From: a virus
Lineage: Duplodnaviria; Heunggongvirae; Uroviricota; Caudoviricetes
IMG/VR virus record: IMGVR_UViG_3300006919_000037
Strand: one strand, 5' to 3'
DNA: 64,000 nucleotides
Below, piece after piece: positions 9,202-18,976 of this stretch. The position numbers and the translations under genes are program-made. The notes beneath the pieces are model-generated. The model saw only the letters and a program-made list of their open reading frames with translations. It ran no database searches and was not told the DNA's origin. The number at the start of each line of letters is the position of its first letter. The first letter of the stretch is position 1.

Positions 9202-12200
9202 TAGAACTCATCTGCCGGATAAGCTGTGGTTATAGCATCATGCACATACGGCAGGTCACGTGGGCCTGTTCCGGATGATGACAACACAATCTTGATCTGA
9301 TATTGGTTGAATGTGTCGTATGTAGCACTTCCGGATGTGTACACGATATTGTTTGAGGTCAGGTTAGGTGTAAACTCAAGTTCGATCTTTTCAAGATTCT
9401 TTGAAGTCTTGTAGATAGATGTCTTCTGAGCCATCTTGAGCCAGTTTTTGTCATCCAGTGTGTCACCATCAAGAGCATTCAATACCTTATAGTACACCTG
9501 CACGTTTGATGATGGTGGTTTAGACACTGTGATACGTGTTCTGAGGTCACCAGCTTCAAACCCATCAGCCAAAGATACTGGCTTGGAAATCTGTCTGGCT
9601 AGTGCAAGCCCACCAGATTTTCCTTCTTCAGAGTTGACAAGGATTGATCCACCGGACCCATCAGATGATGTTATTGCACAAGTTACGTTGTCGAAGTAAC
9701 CCAAACCTGTTGCATCCATGATGACATCTGTGATTTCACCACCACTTGCTGTGATGTATCCGTTAGCACCAGACCCTGTTGGTCCTGTGAATGCCAGTGA
9801 TGTATTAGCTGCTGTGTAACCACTACCAACTGCTGCAATGGAAATTGAAGTGTTCTCAATACCCATGTTGTTGATTATGTTTTCAACAGGGATGAGGTTC
9901 TGTCTGTTTTTCCATACGATAGGTGAGATGTCTGTGTTTTCTGTTACAAGACTCATCTTCATCTCATACCCAACGGTATCAATGTCAGGTCCGAATACAA
10001 CTTTTCTGACAGGCACTTCCGTGTCTTTGTCCGGTTGGAACTGTGTGTATGCACCATCAAAGGCTGCATTGGCATTTGATGTTGCCTTGTATTCATACGT
10101 GATAGATGTACCCGGCAATTCAGCAGAGTCTGAATGTACTTGGAACAGATCGAATACTGTGTTAGACTCACCGGGTGAGTTGTATGAATTCAGCTTCTGT
10201 TCATTGAATGACAATGAACCAGAACTATCAAACACAGCCTTTCTAAGCTGGAACATCACTGTTTCAGACTGGATAGCTGTATATGTCAGTGCATTCTGGG
10301 ATTTGAACATTGAATAGACATATGGCTGTCTGGAAACAACACGGTTAGAACCAAGAATGGTCTCACCCATCTCTGCTACGAAGAAGTCATAGTCGAAACT
10401 GTCTGTGAGCACAACAAAGCAATAATCCTTACCCGGCATCAGATAAACTGGTGAAGGCATGATGAATGTTGTTGCAGTATCAGAATTAGCCACATTTGGT
10501 GAATCTGATATGTTGATATCTTCCGGCTCAAGAACTCTTGTAGCATTTGGAAGGATTTCGTATGATGATGGAACACCGTTGACCATTGGTCTGATCTGAA
10601 CTTCAACAGGCAGGATAGCATCCTTGTTCTTGAAATACAGGTCAACCCCTGTCAGGAACACACCTTCAGGATATGTATCTGCTGATATGAAGAATTGCTG
10701 TGCAGTTGGATCACCACCCTTGTTGTGTGCTAGGTATCCGTTAGCATAGTATGTGTGTGAGCCGTCCAACATGAGGTTATAGACAAGCAGTGAATCCAAA
10801 TCTGGATACATTTCAATGCTTGTTATCTCAACTTCACCATTTTCGGTTACCAGTTTATCACCAATACGAATTGCACGTGTAACGGATTCCCCGTTAATGA
10901 TGTGTTGGTTTGCCCATGAATCTGGGTTGAAACATGACCAACCCTCACCGGCTACCATCATAGGGTGTTCATCTGTTACGAATGGCTCCCCTTTGTTGAT
11001 TGCCCACAACATACGGTTACCAAGCTTGGGAATTTCAACACCCAGAACACAGTTATATCCACCGGCTGGATCAAGAACCCTGTCACCAATATTGATTTCA
11101 TCGATTCTCTTATAGCTTCCATCAGACATCGTAACAAGTGTTTCACCCGTGAAACAACATGCAGCACCATTACCATTTGATGGGTTTGAAGTCCGTGGTG
11201 GGTTTGAAGTCCGTGGTGGGTCAACCCGGACAGTGGTTGTGGCCACATTTGTTGTAACGGTTCTGTTCACAATCTGAGTCATGTCAATTTCAAGACCATG
11301 TGTCGTGAAACGATAATCGGCTCTTGTTGTGTAATCGTTCAGATCGTTGGCACCATTGTCCAAAATTCTGAACATACGATCACCAGTGAAGAATTTGTAA
11401 TCTGCATTGGCAGATGGATCAGGAAGCCACATGGTTCCACACACCAGACCTTTTTCTGTGGTGTAATGTGATTGTCTGTTGTTGGAAGACCAACTATTCC
11501 GTGTATCACCTATGGAATAGATAGAATTTGCCACCACACTACCAAAAGCAGGACTGACATTGGCAATTCTGGAAGCTGCATTATATGCAACGATGTTTGA
11601 AGATTCCCCAGACATGAGGGTGATGACGTTACCTGTATAGTAATCATCTGTGGTGTTGTCGGCATCATTTGATAGGATAATGTTGTTAACATTTGACCCA
11701 GAACCGGATATACCGGACTGGTGCAGGTATGAAACAACATTACCTATCAATCCTGATGTAAGGCCAGTTACGACATTACCGGAAACAATAGGGTTTGCAG
11801 TACCCTCTACATGATTGATATAGACACGTGTGTTCTGTGAATCAATAGCTGTTTCATTAACAAATATAGAAGCATTACCTGAGTTTATCTGTACTTTTTC
11901 ACGTTGTCCTGATGGAATGTCTTTAAGTGCTACACGATTATCCAGTTCAATAACATTAGGTCTCTGAATAAAATGTGAGACGTTCTTATCATCGAAGTAG
12001 AAGTGGACTTGTCTTACAGGTCTGAGTTTGTAACCAGCAAAATCAACAGGTATACTTCTCATGTAAGGAATGTAGTTCACATCCGTCAATATAGAACCAC
12101 CATCCCGGTCAACAGTAGATGTTTGGGTTACAGTTATTCTGTTCCCGTCTTGACTTGTGGATGATACGGTGTCATTCGAAATGACATCCCCGACACGGCT

Positions 12201-12215
12201 TACGATATCTACCAT
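9201..12215 (-). CDS. Large virion structural protein (DUF4815/VrlC-like, C-terminal half) with inserted Hint domain
   Basis: IPYMRSIPVDF, DPTAQQFF, GVFLTGVDLYF, SPVYL, YSMFKSQN motifs. Confidence 0.75.
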   Translation of the reverse strand: MVDIVSRVGDVISNDTVSSTSQDGNRITVTQTSTVDRDGGSILTDVNYIPYMRSIPVDFAGYKLRPVRQVHFYFDDKNVSHFIQRPNVIELDNRVALKDIPSGQREKVQINSGNASIFVNETAIDSQNTRVYINHVEGTANPIVSGNVVTGLTSGLIGNVVSYLHQSGISGSGSNVNNIILSNDADNTTDDYYTGNVITLMSGESSNIVAYNAASRIANVSPAFGSVVANSIYSIGDTRNSWSSNNRQSHYTTEKGLVCGTMWLPDPSANADYKFFTGDRMFRILDNGANDLNDYTTRADYRFTTHGLEIDMTQIVNRTVTTNVATTTVRVDPPRTSNPPRTSNPSNGNGAACCFTGETLVTMSDGSYKRIDEINIGDRVLDPAGGYNCVLGVEIPKLGNRMLWAINKGEPFVTDEHPMMVAGEGWSCFNPDSWANQHIINGESVTRAIRIGDKLVTENGEVEITSIEMYPDLDSLLVYNLMLDGSHTYYANGYLAHNKGGDPTAQQFFISADTYPEGVFLTGVDLYFKNKDAILPVEVQIRPMVNGVPSSYEILPNATRVLEPEDINISDSPNVANSDTATTFIMPSPVYLMPGKDYCFVVLTDSFDYDFFVAEMGETILGSNRVVSRQPYVYSMFKSQNALTYTAIQSETVMFQLRKAVFDSSGSLSFNEQKLNSYNSPGESNTVFDLFQVHSDSAELPGTSITYEYKATSNANAAFDGAYTQFQPDKDTEVPVRKVVFGPDIDTVGYEMKMSLVTENTDISPIVWKNRQNLIPVENIINNMGIENTSISIAAVGSGYTAANTSLAFTGPTGSGANGYITASGGEITDVIMDATGLGYFDNVTCAITSSDGSGGSILVNSEEGKSGGLALARQISKPVSLADGFEAGDLRTRITVSKPPSSNVQVYYKVLNALDGDTLDDKNWLKMAQKTSIYKTSKNLEKIELEFTPNLTSNNIVYTSGSATYDTFNQYQIKIVLSSSGTGPRDLPYVHDAITTAYPADEF
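10722..11156 (-). other. Hint / bacterial intein-like domain (145 aa)
   Basis: CFTGETLV (block A), IDEINIGDRV, VTDEHP (block B), VYNL...HTYYANGYLAHN (blocks F/G); +1 residue is Lys. Confidence 0.85.
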
Positions 12216-15200
12216 TATCTTCTTCTTCTTCTGGTTGTTGTTCTACTTCTTGACCTTGATTGGCTATCTCCACCAAGGATGTCATTGATGGCATCTTCAG
12301 CTTGTCTCTGGCTATCAACTTCAATAGTGTTAAATTCTTCATTATTCTCGAAAGTTGTATTGATCACGGTTGGTGCATTGTTTGTTGACTTCCAGATATC
12401 GGATTCTGGGAGCATCATCACTTCACCTTCATAATCAGCAAACAGAAACTCTGCAACGGCAGTGAACTTTGTGGCTGAATTCTGTGCTATCATCACTTCT
12501 TCGGTGAAGTTAAGCAGGATTTTCTCATCAAATACCTTGACAGAAGATACAGAAGAGTCATCCACATCCAGTCTTATTGCTGAATTGTTTGCCTTCGGCT
12601 GCAACCAACCCTGCTTGTAATTCATTGCACACTGGTAATCGAACCTGTCAGAAGCACCCAGTGAGTGCCCGTTGAAGTTGTCGGCCAATATACCATATTT
12701 AGTTCTCTCTAGGCCATCCACATCGGTTACAATGATGTCAAGAGCATTCTTTTCCAGAGTATTCAGTGACACATAGTATTCAACATTTTTCAGTCTCTTA
12801 TCAATTAGACCAATATCTCTCATCGTATAACGTCTGTTATCAATATACTTTACGGCAACGTTTGATGGATAAGCTGTGTATGGTGACACACCAAGTGAAT
12901 AAAGCACCATTGAAGATGTTGGCTGTAATGGGTTCTGTGGAAATTTGGCTGGAGTACCTTCAATTCTTGTTAGAGATTTGTTTTCGGTCAATACGATCAG
13001 GTCTCTACGTCCAAGGTAATACCGATAATCGGTTTGGAAATCAGTTGTAGATGATGGCATCCTGATGGTTGAGGATGTGAATGTGTAGTTTGGTGATGTG
13101 TTGGCAGCATTTTTCCGGACTGGTCTAAAATCGATACAGTCTCTCAGGAACAGCTTTTCACCATTGACTGGGGTGTAGGTGGGTATTATGGCATACCCGG
13201 TCCCTATGGATACTCCCTCTTCCGTTATATCGGTATCCAGTGATGGATATGAGTCTACGGAGAAATAACCACTGTCTGTTGTTGAGGTGAAGTACCTTGC
13301 ACAAACAATGAGTGGGCCAGCCGGTGCAGCAAATCCCGGTTTCAGGAATATGGATGCATGGTCATAGTGTGTATCTCTTTGGCCGGGGTCCAGTTCAAAT
13401 CTGTTTGTGACATCAGTATAACCGGTCAGGTCTGCCCCACCGGCTGGAATGGCAGCACCAGCAAGATCATAAATTTTCTGGATAGATATAACATCAGATA
13501 TGAACAACGATTCTCTCGTACCGGGTGTTCTGGATGGACTTTCGATTGTCACCTGACCAGTTGTCAGATAGATGTTCGTTGTTGAGCCTGTTGTGTTGAC
13601 AAATGTATTTGATGTGGCTTCTGATGCAAATGTCTGTGTGTTGGCTTTCACCAATGACTTTACACGTGCAGTTGCTGAAGCACCGTCGATTTCCATTTTG
13701 GCCAAAACGGTTGCAGTGAATGTATCACCACCACCACCGGCTGTATCAAATGTAACCTGTTCAGGATCACCAGCCACGGAAGTTGTGACCTTGATCTGTT
13801 CACCGTTAGCACGTGCAGAGCCTTGATCGTTCTCCACAATGACAAGGAAATTGTCTGTGATTGTGGATGCTACGTTGGATGAAGATGTTGCACCTATAAA
13901 TTGTTCATCGGTTCCGGCTGTGATTGCAGCAGAAGCCCCGTCTGTAAACTGTACACCAGAATATTTCTTACGGAATGTGTATGCTTGCAGTGCCAATGAT
14001 CCTTCAGCTACATACTTCTCAGGGAATGGGAAGATAAGCTTACGGAGTGATGGTTCTGTGATCTGTGTAGAACCGTTAGCCAAACCATTGTCTTTGTTGA
14101 GGGTGGTTATGTTACAATTGGCATTTGAACTAGCACCAGTTGTATAGCTTGAATGCTTTATGAATGAGTTTGCATTGGCAAAGCTACCTGCTGAGAATTC
14201 AGGAGAGAAGATATAAAATTCATGCTTACGTGCAGTCACATCCGTGTCACCGGAGAAGAATTCAATATCTCTGAGTCTGGCTGTACCAATTTTTGTCAGT
14301 GCATATTGTGATGTGTTTGAGAAGTCAACAGCACCATATTGGGCACTGTGAATATCCACAAGCTCTTGGGTTGTTGGATCAAACAGTCCTTCAAGGGCAT
14401 CTACGATCACGTAGTTACCATAATTCAGGTTCAGATCGTATGCAGCTACATTGGCTTTTGTTCTGGCACGTGGGATTTCAATGCTGTTATCAGAAATTGT
14501 CTCATATTCATATCCACGAATATATGCCTTACCGGGTGATATTACAGCTAACACGTTGTTTTGACTGTCTGTTTCTGACGTGTCGAGACGAATTCCAAAC
14601 TCATTTACAGTGTATGATCCAGACTCATCATATGTTCTTCGTGCAAAAACTTCTTCAATCTCTGAATATTTCGGATAGACCACCTTCGATTTGATCTTAC
14701 CATTTTCCATTCTGGCAATTTCGATAAACGATGTATCATCTTCAGATGAGAGGTCACGTGTGGATAGGTTCAATTCCACCTTGTATCGTGCAGCACCGGG
14801 TGCTTGGTAGTTGGATGATTCAATTGCAGGGTCTCTGAGTGATGTATCAGAGTCAACCGTTACGATTTCATCATCAAACTCAAGACCGATTCTTACGTTG
14901 GCTTGTGCATGGTGTTTTGTCAGAATGATAGACTGCTTCGGCACCTTGATGTGATAACCGTTATAGAAATATATTGAGTCATAGATGAAAGCCATGGACC
15001 CATTTGAGTACACATTGGATGTTGGCACCACGTTGGCATAGATTTCTTCTGAATCAACCTTGATCGTATCACCAGCTACAAACTCATCACCAGTCAGGAA
15101 TCTAAGCTGTAAGCATGGTGGTTCAGTGTTTGAGCTTTCAGCCGTATTGACAACACGAGCAATAACCATGTTGTTTGCATCTGCATACCGAATTGTCTTG

Positions 15201-15508
15201 TTGAGGAAATTGGCAGCTACAATGTTCGTATTGGCATATGTAGATGCAAGATTCATAGTCTTGATATCGGATACAGACATATCCCCACCAACAACAGATG
15301 ATCCCTGTTCGAAAAGATGCAAAGACAGACGTTCAATCTGGTTCTGGAGTATTGTCTGGAGTTGGGTTACTTCACGGGCCTGAACAGCATAACCCGGCTG
15401 GGCAAGAATCTTGTGAAAATTCTTACTCTCATCAAAATCATCATAGAACGGTCTAACTGTTGTTGAACTTGCTACGATTTTTGTGTTTGCTACGTTTGCT
15501 CTAGCCAT
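12215..15508 (-). CDS. Large virion structural protein (DUF4815/VrlC-like, N-terminal half)
   Basis: PFYDDFDESKNFHKIL..PGYAVQAREVTQLQTILQNQI, APGAARYK, RYTMRDIG, LEYYVSL-type motifs. Confidence 0.8.
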   Translation of the reverse strand: MARANVANTKIVASSTTVRPFYDDFDESKNFHKILAQPGYAVQAREVTQLQTILQNQIERLSLHLFEQGSSVVGGDMSVSDIKTMNLASTYANTNIVAANFLNKTIRYADANNMVIARVVNTAESSNTEPPCLQLRFLTGDEFVAGDTIKVDSEEIYANVVPTSNVYSNGSMAFIYDSIYFYNGYHIKVPKQSIILTKHHAQANVRIGLEFDDEIVTVDSDTSLRDPAIESSNYQAPGAARYKVELNLSTRDLSSEDDTSFIEIARMENGKIKSKVVYPKYSEIEEVFARRTYDESGSYTVNEFGIRLDTSETDSQNNVLAVISPGKAYIRGYEYETISDNSIEIPRARTKANVAAYDLNLNYGNYVIVDALEGLFDPTTQELVDIHSAQYGAVDFSNTSQYALTKIGTARLRDIEFFSGDTDVTARKHEFYIFSPEFSAGSFANANSFIKHSSYTTGASSNANCNITTLNKDNGLANGSTQITEPSLRKLIFPFPEKYVAEGSLALQAYTFRKKYSGVQFTDGASAAITAGTDEQFIGATSSSNVASTITDNFLVIVENDQGSARANGEQIKVTTSVAGDPEQVTFDTAGGGGDTFTATVLAKMEIDGASATARVKSLVKANTQTFASEATSNTFVNTTGSTTNIYLTTGQVTIESPSRTPGTRESLFISDVISIQKIYDLAGAAIPAGGADLTGYTDVTNRFELDPGQRDTHYDHASIFLKPGFAAPAGPLIVCARYFTSTTDSGYFSVDSYPSLDTDITEEGVSIGTGYAIIPTYTPVNGEKLFLRDCIDFRPVRKNAANTSPNYTFTSSTIRMPSSTTDFQTDYRYYLGRRDLIVLTENKSLTRIEGTPAKFPQNPLQPTSSMVLYSLGVSPYTAYPSNVAVKYIDNRRYTMRDIGLIDKRLKNVEYYVSLNTLEKNALDIIVTDVDGLERTKYGILADNFNGHSLGASDRFDYQCAMNYKQGWLQPKANNSAIRLDVDDSSVSSVKVFDEKILLNFTEEVMIAQNSATKFTAVAEFLFADYEGEVMMLPESDIWKSTNNAPTVINTTFENNEEFNTIEVDSQRQAEDAINDILGGDSQSRSRSRTTTRRRRR

Positions 15509-15517
15509 TTGATGTCC

Positions 15518-16840
15518 CTAAAAACCCAAAATTATCTGAAAATTTTCGGTTTGATTTTCGTCTCTTTCGATTAGTTCAACATTATCTATGAAGATCATCT
15601 CACCAGTGTATCGTTCAAGTTCTGGGTTACTTTCAGAAACAACAAACCCGGTTTCACTTGTGTTTGCACCAATAATGGTGTCTGCTGTGATGGACCCTTG
15701 TGTTCTATTTAGTTTCAAAACTGAGTTTGCAGAGTCATATTCAACAACTCTACCATAAAATGTTGCAGTATCTAATGATGCACCCTGATATACATACTCA
15801 TCAGCTTCATAATTTGATGAAACACCAGTGAGTGTAAGGTCTGTTGTCTGCTTGAAGGCAGTGTTTGATATTATGTTATTTGAAGAAAGTATCAAAGGGT
15901 TGATAATCAAACCAATTTGTCTTATGTCATTGACAATTGGCAGCTTACCGTTTTCAGTTCCTCTGATTCTCATGTTGATAAACAGGTTCTTTCCACCTAG
16001 TTCATACAATGGATTAGAGCCATGTCCGTTCTTTGGTGACAGGATGGGTCTTAATACTCCACCACCTGTTCCACCACCACCTGTGATCGTGACAATTGCA
16101 TTGGTATAACCAGTCCCATAATCGTCAATAGTTAGGGTGTGGATGGTGTTTGATACGGTGTTTACGTTACAATATACGTTGGCACCACTACCATCACCAC
16201 TGATTGCCAATGTTATATTATCTGAATTTGTGTAATTGCCAGCATTATCTATCCGGATGTCATAGATTGCACCATCAACTGCATTCTGCTGAACATCCCA
16301 TTGAATTGAACCATCATCAGATGGTAGTGTGCTCACAGGGAAGTATGTATCATTCAGAAATCGAAACTTGTCCTTGGAGTTGAGGGTCATCATGTATTTC
16401 CAGATGTACCCATCGGCTGTGCCGGTAATCGTGTTTGGGTTGGTAGAGCTTGGTTCAACAGTTGATATTGAGTTGTTATTGTTGGACAGACACTTGTAAA
16501 CGTTGTAATCTGATGTCAGGACATAAAACATGGTGTTGTTATACAGGTCCGGATTTTCACCATCAAAGCTGATGAATGTAGTGTTGGCTTCCCAGTCAAA
16601 TCTACGGACACAGTGTTCAATATCATCACCAGTTACACGTTTACCACCGATCATACCGTTCCAATGATTCACCTCAGTTGAAAAAACCACATTTGCAGCA
16701 GGTGGATTTGCTTCATCAGGCCATGCTGTGATCTGGGAATATGTCATATACATGCTAACATTACCCGAACTTTCAGAAACGGATTCCTTGAACTGTTCAG
16801 CCGTAAATGTGTTGATTGATTTGAATATACCAGCAGACAT
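15518..16840 (-). CDS. gp8: Baseplate wedge subunit
   Basis: FYVLTSDYNVYKCLSN, DGYIWKYM, NGHGSNP..ELGG, DIRQIGLI. Confidence 0.85.
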   Translation of the reverse strand: MSAGIFKSINTFTAEQFKESVSESSGNVSMYMTYSQITAWPDEANPPAANVVFSTEVNHWNGMIGGKRVTGDDIEHCVRRFDWEANTTFISFDGENPDLYNNTMFYVLTSDYNVYKCLSNNNNSISTVEPSSTNPNTITGTADGYIWKYMMTLNSKDKFRFLNDTYFPVSTLPSDDGSIQWDVQQNAVDGAIYDIRIDNAGNYTNSDNITLAISGDGSGANVYCNVNTVSNTIHTLTIDDYGTGYTNAIVTITGGGGTGGGVLRPILSPKNGHGSNPLYELGGKNLFINMRIRGTENGKLPIVNDIRQIGLIINPLILSSNNIISNTAFKQTTDLTLTGVSSNYEADEYVYQGASLDTATFYGRVVEYDSANSVLKLNRTQGSITADTIIGANTSETGFVVSESNPELERYTGEMIFIDNVELIERDENQTENFQIILGF

Positions 16841-16861
16841 GTTGTTTCTCGTTGTTTCAGT

Positions 16862-16869
16862 TATTTATG
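16862..16869 (-). promoter_or_regulatory. Late promoter (CATAAATA)
   Basis: T4-late-like octamer in the gap upstream of gp8. Confidence 0.55.
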
Positions 16870-18975
16870 TTATATTTTGATAAATGTTGAGTATAGATCA
16901 CCGGACGTTTCAGTCGTTCCTGTTACATGAACGATATTGTATGTATTTACTGAACCAACACTATCAACATTAAACACACCATTGGTCAAGTTTGCAGTGT
17001 CACCAGAAACAAATTCAATATAAACAGTATTACCAACCACAAGATTGTGATCGAATGAAAGTGTTAGCTGAACATTCTGTCCATTAGCAGTATAAGTACC
17101 GGTAGAGATAAGTTGATTGTCACAACATGCCAGTGCAACATTTGCAACGTTTGGAGTGAAACTCTCTTCTAGCATATAGTCACCAAAGAGTATAACACCT
17201 GATGGGGTGATCACCTCATTTACCAAATCTCTGTAATCCTTGAGACTCTTCTTCATTCGGATAACGTATGAAAATCTCTGGTAATAGTCCTTATCCTGAA
17301 GGAAACTGAATGATGAAAGGTGACTTTCATCATCAAGATATCTACCGGGGAATGAGAAATCACCGGAAATGGCTGTAAGATCAACAGTTGCCGTACCGTC
17401 ACCATATGCTGCAAGGTTTCCAACCGGTGCTGAATATCCAGAACCCTGTGAAAAAACTGTCAGACCTGATATAACACCAATAGAACCGGTCGAGATGGTC
17501 ATTGATTCACCATCACCCAGAATTGCTTTTGTTTGTAGATTGGCCCCGGCCCCGGTGGATGTGGCAATATTGATTGTCGGTAATTTACTCTGTGTGTAAC
17601 CAATACCCCCATTTGGGAAAGGTCCACCGGGTGTGAATTGGATATTTGTTATAATACCCGTTCCATCCACTTCAACCACTGCATTGGCACCAACACCATA
17701 TCCACCCAATACATTCTGGAACTCCAAGATATCACCATTGGAATAACCTGATCCACCGTCAATGACATCCACACGTCCGATAATACCAAGAGATTTTACA
17801 CGGGTGTTTGCTCTAATATCAACAGTTGGATTTGTTGTGTAGTTATCACCGGGTGAGTTGACCCTGATAATTGAAGCAGGACCCGTGTTTGCATACATGA
17901 AAGCTGTAAAGGCATTTGCCATGATCGTGTTTGCCACGGCATTGTTCAGGTTTGCATATGTATTTGCCAGCAGTGTGTTAGCCTCATCAGCAATGGATGA
18001 TATGTATATGTTATAACTGTTTTGATGCACACTGCCATCATCAGCCACGGTAAGAACTTCTGCATTGGCACCAGAGCCACCACCACCCGTGATAAGAAGA
18101 AAGTCATTTGCTTGGAAACCGGCACCACCATTAACCATAATGATAGTGGCAACGTTACCTGATGTGACGGAACTTACCTTGATGTCGGCCCCTGTACCAT
18201 CACCTGAGTCTGTTATAATAACGGGGTTACCCACGGAATAACCAGAACCGGCATTCGTTACCGTAGCCGTTATAATACCACCACCAAAAACGTTGGCTGT
18301 GAGTTCCACAATCCCACCACCTGTGTTAACATTTGATGATATGGTTTCACCATCTTCAAATGAACCACTGACTGATGAAAGTGATAATTCATCCACCTGT
18401 TGACCAGATTCGAAGAACCGGTCGATTCCTTCAACAACGGCAGTTGTGTTTGAGGTTTGACCAACAAGCCGTGATGATGTGAATAGTTGAACAGCAGAGA
18501 AGGTTGAGTTGGCAACCCCATCTATTTTCACATCTTCGAGTCTTAGTGCTCTCTGAACAAACCAGTTACCACCGGAATATTCCAAGATATCCAGTTTCGG
18601 ATAATACACCTCTACGTTATCATCACCATAGACTGCCCTCATAAGGAATTTCAGGCTCTTTTCCGTACCCCGTGCCCGGTAATAATCCTTGACATTCTTA
18701 AGGATCATCTTTTTGTCTGCAACCATCTGTTCAGGGAATGATTCCATGAACCATGTATATAACTTGTCTTCAAGGTCTACGTGGGTCTTGTCTATGTCAA
18801 CATAATCCTGAAAACTCTTGAGCCGTTCAATTACCTTACCCTGATTCAGGACAGATTCAGTCTGCTCCATGTACTCGAAATAAGCCTTCATGAAAGCTAT
18901 GAATAATGGATGATCGTTCCTGACAAAGAACGGAAGCTGACTTTCTACAAGATTGGATATACGGGTGTTTGCCAT
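16870..18975 (-). CDS. gp7: Baseplate wedge initiator
   Basis: QLPFFVRNDHPLFIAFMKAYFEYME, YRARGTEKS, LQDKDYYQRFSYVI, TPSGVILFG. Confidence 0.8.
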   Translation of the reverse strand: MANTRISNLVESQLPFFVRNDHPLFIAFMKAYFEYMEQTESVLNQGKVIERLKSFQDYVDIDKTHVDLEDKLYTWFMESFPEQMVADKKMILKNVKDYYRARGTEKSLKFLMRAVYGDDNVEVYYPKLDILEYSGGNWFVQRALRLEDVKIDGVANSTFSAVQLFTSSRLVGQTSNTTAVVEGIDRFFESGQQVDELSLSSVSGSFEDGETISSNVNTGGGIVELTANVFGGGIITATVTNAGSGYSVGNPVIITDSGDGTGADIKVSSVTSGNVATIIMVNGGAGFQANDFLLITGGGGSGANAEVLTVADDGSVHQNSYNIYISSIADEANTLLANTYANLNNAVANTIMANAFTAFMYANTGPASIIRVNSPGDNYTTNPTVDIRANTRVKSLGIIGRVDVIDGGSGYSNGDILEFQNVLGGYGVGANAVVEVDGTGIITNIQFTPGGPFPNGGIGYTQSKLPTINIATSTGAGANLQTKAILGDGESMTISTGSIGVISGLTVFSQGSGYSAPVGNLAAYGDGTATVDLTAISGDFSFPGRYLDDESHLSSFSFLQDKDYYQRFSYVIRMKKSLKDYRDLVNEVITPSGVILFGDYMLEESFTPNVANVALACCDNQLISTGTYTANGQNVQLTLSFDHNLVVGNTVYIEFVSGDTANLTNGVFNVDSVGSVNTYNIVHVTGTTETSGDLYSTFIKI

Positions 18976-18976
18976 G

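Noticed and set aside
10722-11156. Canonical mobile intein
   Set aside because: No endonuclease domain, and the +1 residue is Lys rather than Cys/Ser/Thr; kept as a BIL-like Hint.
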